Part shown: piece by piece, positions 62,280 to 64,000 of the stretch
How positions within the stretch are numbered: position 1 is the stretch's first letter
How the letters are laid out: every line of letters begins with the position of its first letter
Source of the DNA: Eremomyces bilateralis CBS 781.70
Taxonomy: Eukaryota
NCBI GenBank assembly: GCA_010015585.1
Contig: ML975166.1
Length of the DNA: 64,000 bases
Direction: 5' to 3' (one strand)
Notes under the pieces: model-generated
What the model saw: the letters and a program-made list of their open reading frames with translations, nothing else
Databases searched by the model: none
Told to the model about the DNA's origin: nothing
Made by a program: the position numbers and the translations under genes

Positions 62280-64000
62280 ATGTCTTACCTCGATCCATCC
62301 GTTCTGGGTCCGTCTGCGCTGCATGACGGGGCCGGTTGTGTCGCGGATAGAAATAGCCGAACCAAACGGTTGCGGAAGTCGCAAAGCCATGGATTGCTGT
62401 CGCCGTTGTTACGTTTGGCCAAAGATCCGGTCGGCACCTTGGGCGAGCTGCGGGAATCGTGGACGGAGCAGGGGAAAAGTGAGATTCAAGATATCGGGGA
62501 GCAGAGGCAAGTGTTGTATCTGCGTATGAAACATGTAAGCGTCCAGACCTGATGTGAGACCACAGGTGCCAATGACGTGACCAGGCCGGAACATACGACG
62601 ACTGGAAAGCGGCGGCGACCGAACTCGACCATATCGAAGGCAACGATCAGTGGAAAGTACAGGACGACTCCCTCGAATACAATGTCAAACTCTTGGAAAC
62701 GCGGCTGAAGGAGCTGGATGATGCGCGGCTCAACTGCGATATCAAGCGCATGCTGTTCCTGATCCGAACCTCGCTGACTCGAGATCTGGGCGGTATGGGA
62801 GATGCCCAACTATATCGACATTCACATATCGGAACCAAGGCGCTCATCGAGCGATATATCGAGTCCTCCAGGCGGACGATCGAGTCGCTCTTGGAGGTCT
62901 CTGCCAAACAAAAGACCGTCCAAGTTGATCCTCGGCAACTTCTCGAGCAATTGCTCGAGGCGCGCCAGGCATTTGGGAGAAGCGCTTTATTGTTGTCGGG
63001 AGGAGGGACTTTTGGGATGAGCCATATCGGCGTCGTCAAATGTCTATGGGAGCAGAAGCTCCTTCCACGGATCGTTTCCGGCTCCTCAGCTGGAAGCATC
63101 GTATGTGCCGTGCTGTGTACGAAGACCGATGCCGAAGTGCCCCAGGTCTTGAACGATTTCTGTTACGGCGATTTGAGCGTGTTCATCAACGAGGAGGAAG
63201 GTCTCCTGGAGGTGGCAGCGAGGTTTCTCAAACACGGGACCGTGTTTGATATCTCGAACCTTACCCGCGCCATGCGGAATCTCATTGGCGATATAACCTT
63301 CCAGGAGGCGTATAACCGGACCAGGAGGATATTGAACATCAACGTATCCAGTGCCAGCCTGTACGAACTTCCGCAGCTTCTAAACTACGTCACGGCTCCG
63401 AACGTTATTATCTGGTCGGCAGTGTAAGTGTTGGTCCCACTGTCCCAGACTGTGCTAATATTTGTAGCGCCGCATCTTGTTCCGTCCCACTCGTCTTCTC
63501 GGCAGCCTCTCTCCTAGCGAAGGACCCAAAGACCGGAGAGCATGTCCAATGGAACCCATCCCCGCAAAGATGGATTGATGGATCCGTAGACAGTGATCTT
63601 CCCATGACCCGTGTTGCCGAAATGTTCAATGTCAACCATTTCATCGTCTCTCAAGTCAATCCGCATGTTGTCCCTTTCCTCGACCGTGAGGCTATCGCGC
63701 CTTATCCACTCAACGGCAAAAATCCCTCCACCGGCTCTACATGGCTGCACAGCGTGGCAAACCTCGCAAAAGATGAAGCCATGCATCGCATGCACGTTCT
63801 CGCAGAAATTGGCGTCTTCCCAACCTACCTCACCAAACTCCGATCCGTCCTTGCGCAGCGCTATTCGGGCGACATCACCATCCTCCCCGAGATTTCATAC
63901 GCACAGTTCCCCCGAGTGCTGCAGAACCCCACCACCGAATTTATGCTCGATGCAACTATTAGCGGTGAGCGGGCCACCTGGCCCAAACTCAGCATGATCC
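62280..64000 (+). CDS. Patatin-like phospholipase / triacylglycerol lipase (Tgl3/4/5 family), truncated by the window end
   Basis: W..AA.ELD..EGN..WK, GTKALIERY, FGRSALLLSGGGTFG, GSSAG nucleophile, WIDGS..DLP, NVNHFIVSQVNPH; introns 62535-62584 and 63424-63467. Confidence 0.92.

Noticed and set aside
1..64000. CRISPR arrays, rRNA genes, prokaryotic operons
   Set aside because: Eukaryotic intron-containing sequence; the repeats are coding minisatellites without unique spacers, and the only rRNA matches are the short antisense snoRNA guides.

Overview
Gene-dense, intron-rich genomic DNA from a filamentous ascomycete (Pezizomycotina, probably Eurotiomycetes; inferred from short 45-60 nt introns with CTRAC branch sites and from gene families). 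About 23 protein-coding genes could be modelled by hand: AsaB/CmcJ-type oxygenase, Ser/Pro-rich hypothetical protein, xlnR, aldehyde dehydrogenase, SHE9, HAD phosphatase, RNase H with an acidic repeat tail, AT-hook/TM protein, pyruvate kinase, STE6-type ABC exporter, BRCT protein, HYPK, class II DAHP synthase, amidase, SrpA-like catalase, QutH-like oxidoreductase, TUM1, nudC, MSD1, AP180/ANTH protein, cytochrome b5-acyl-CoA dehydrogenase, KHA1 and a TGL-type patatin lipase that runs off the right end. The most notable non-obvious element is a snR45/U13-type snoRNA (48719-48970, guide for 18S rRNA helix-45 cytidine acetylation). It is split by a canonical 60-nt spliceosomal intron between its first guide and box C, and it is followed by a trailer complementary to its own guide. 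Other points: an unannotated 56-aa ORF with a 5'UTR intron, a nested TIR element around the assembly gap, two GC-AG introns inside conserved motifs, and frequent AAG 3' splice sites. All calls come from reading the sequence; no database searches were run.
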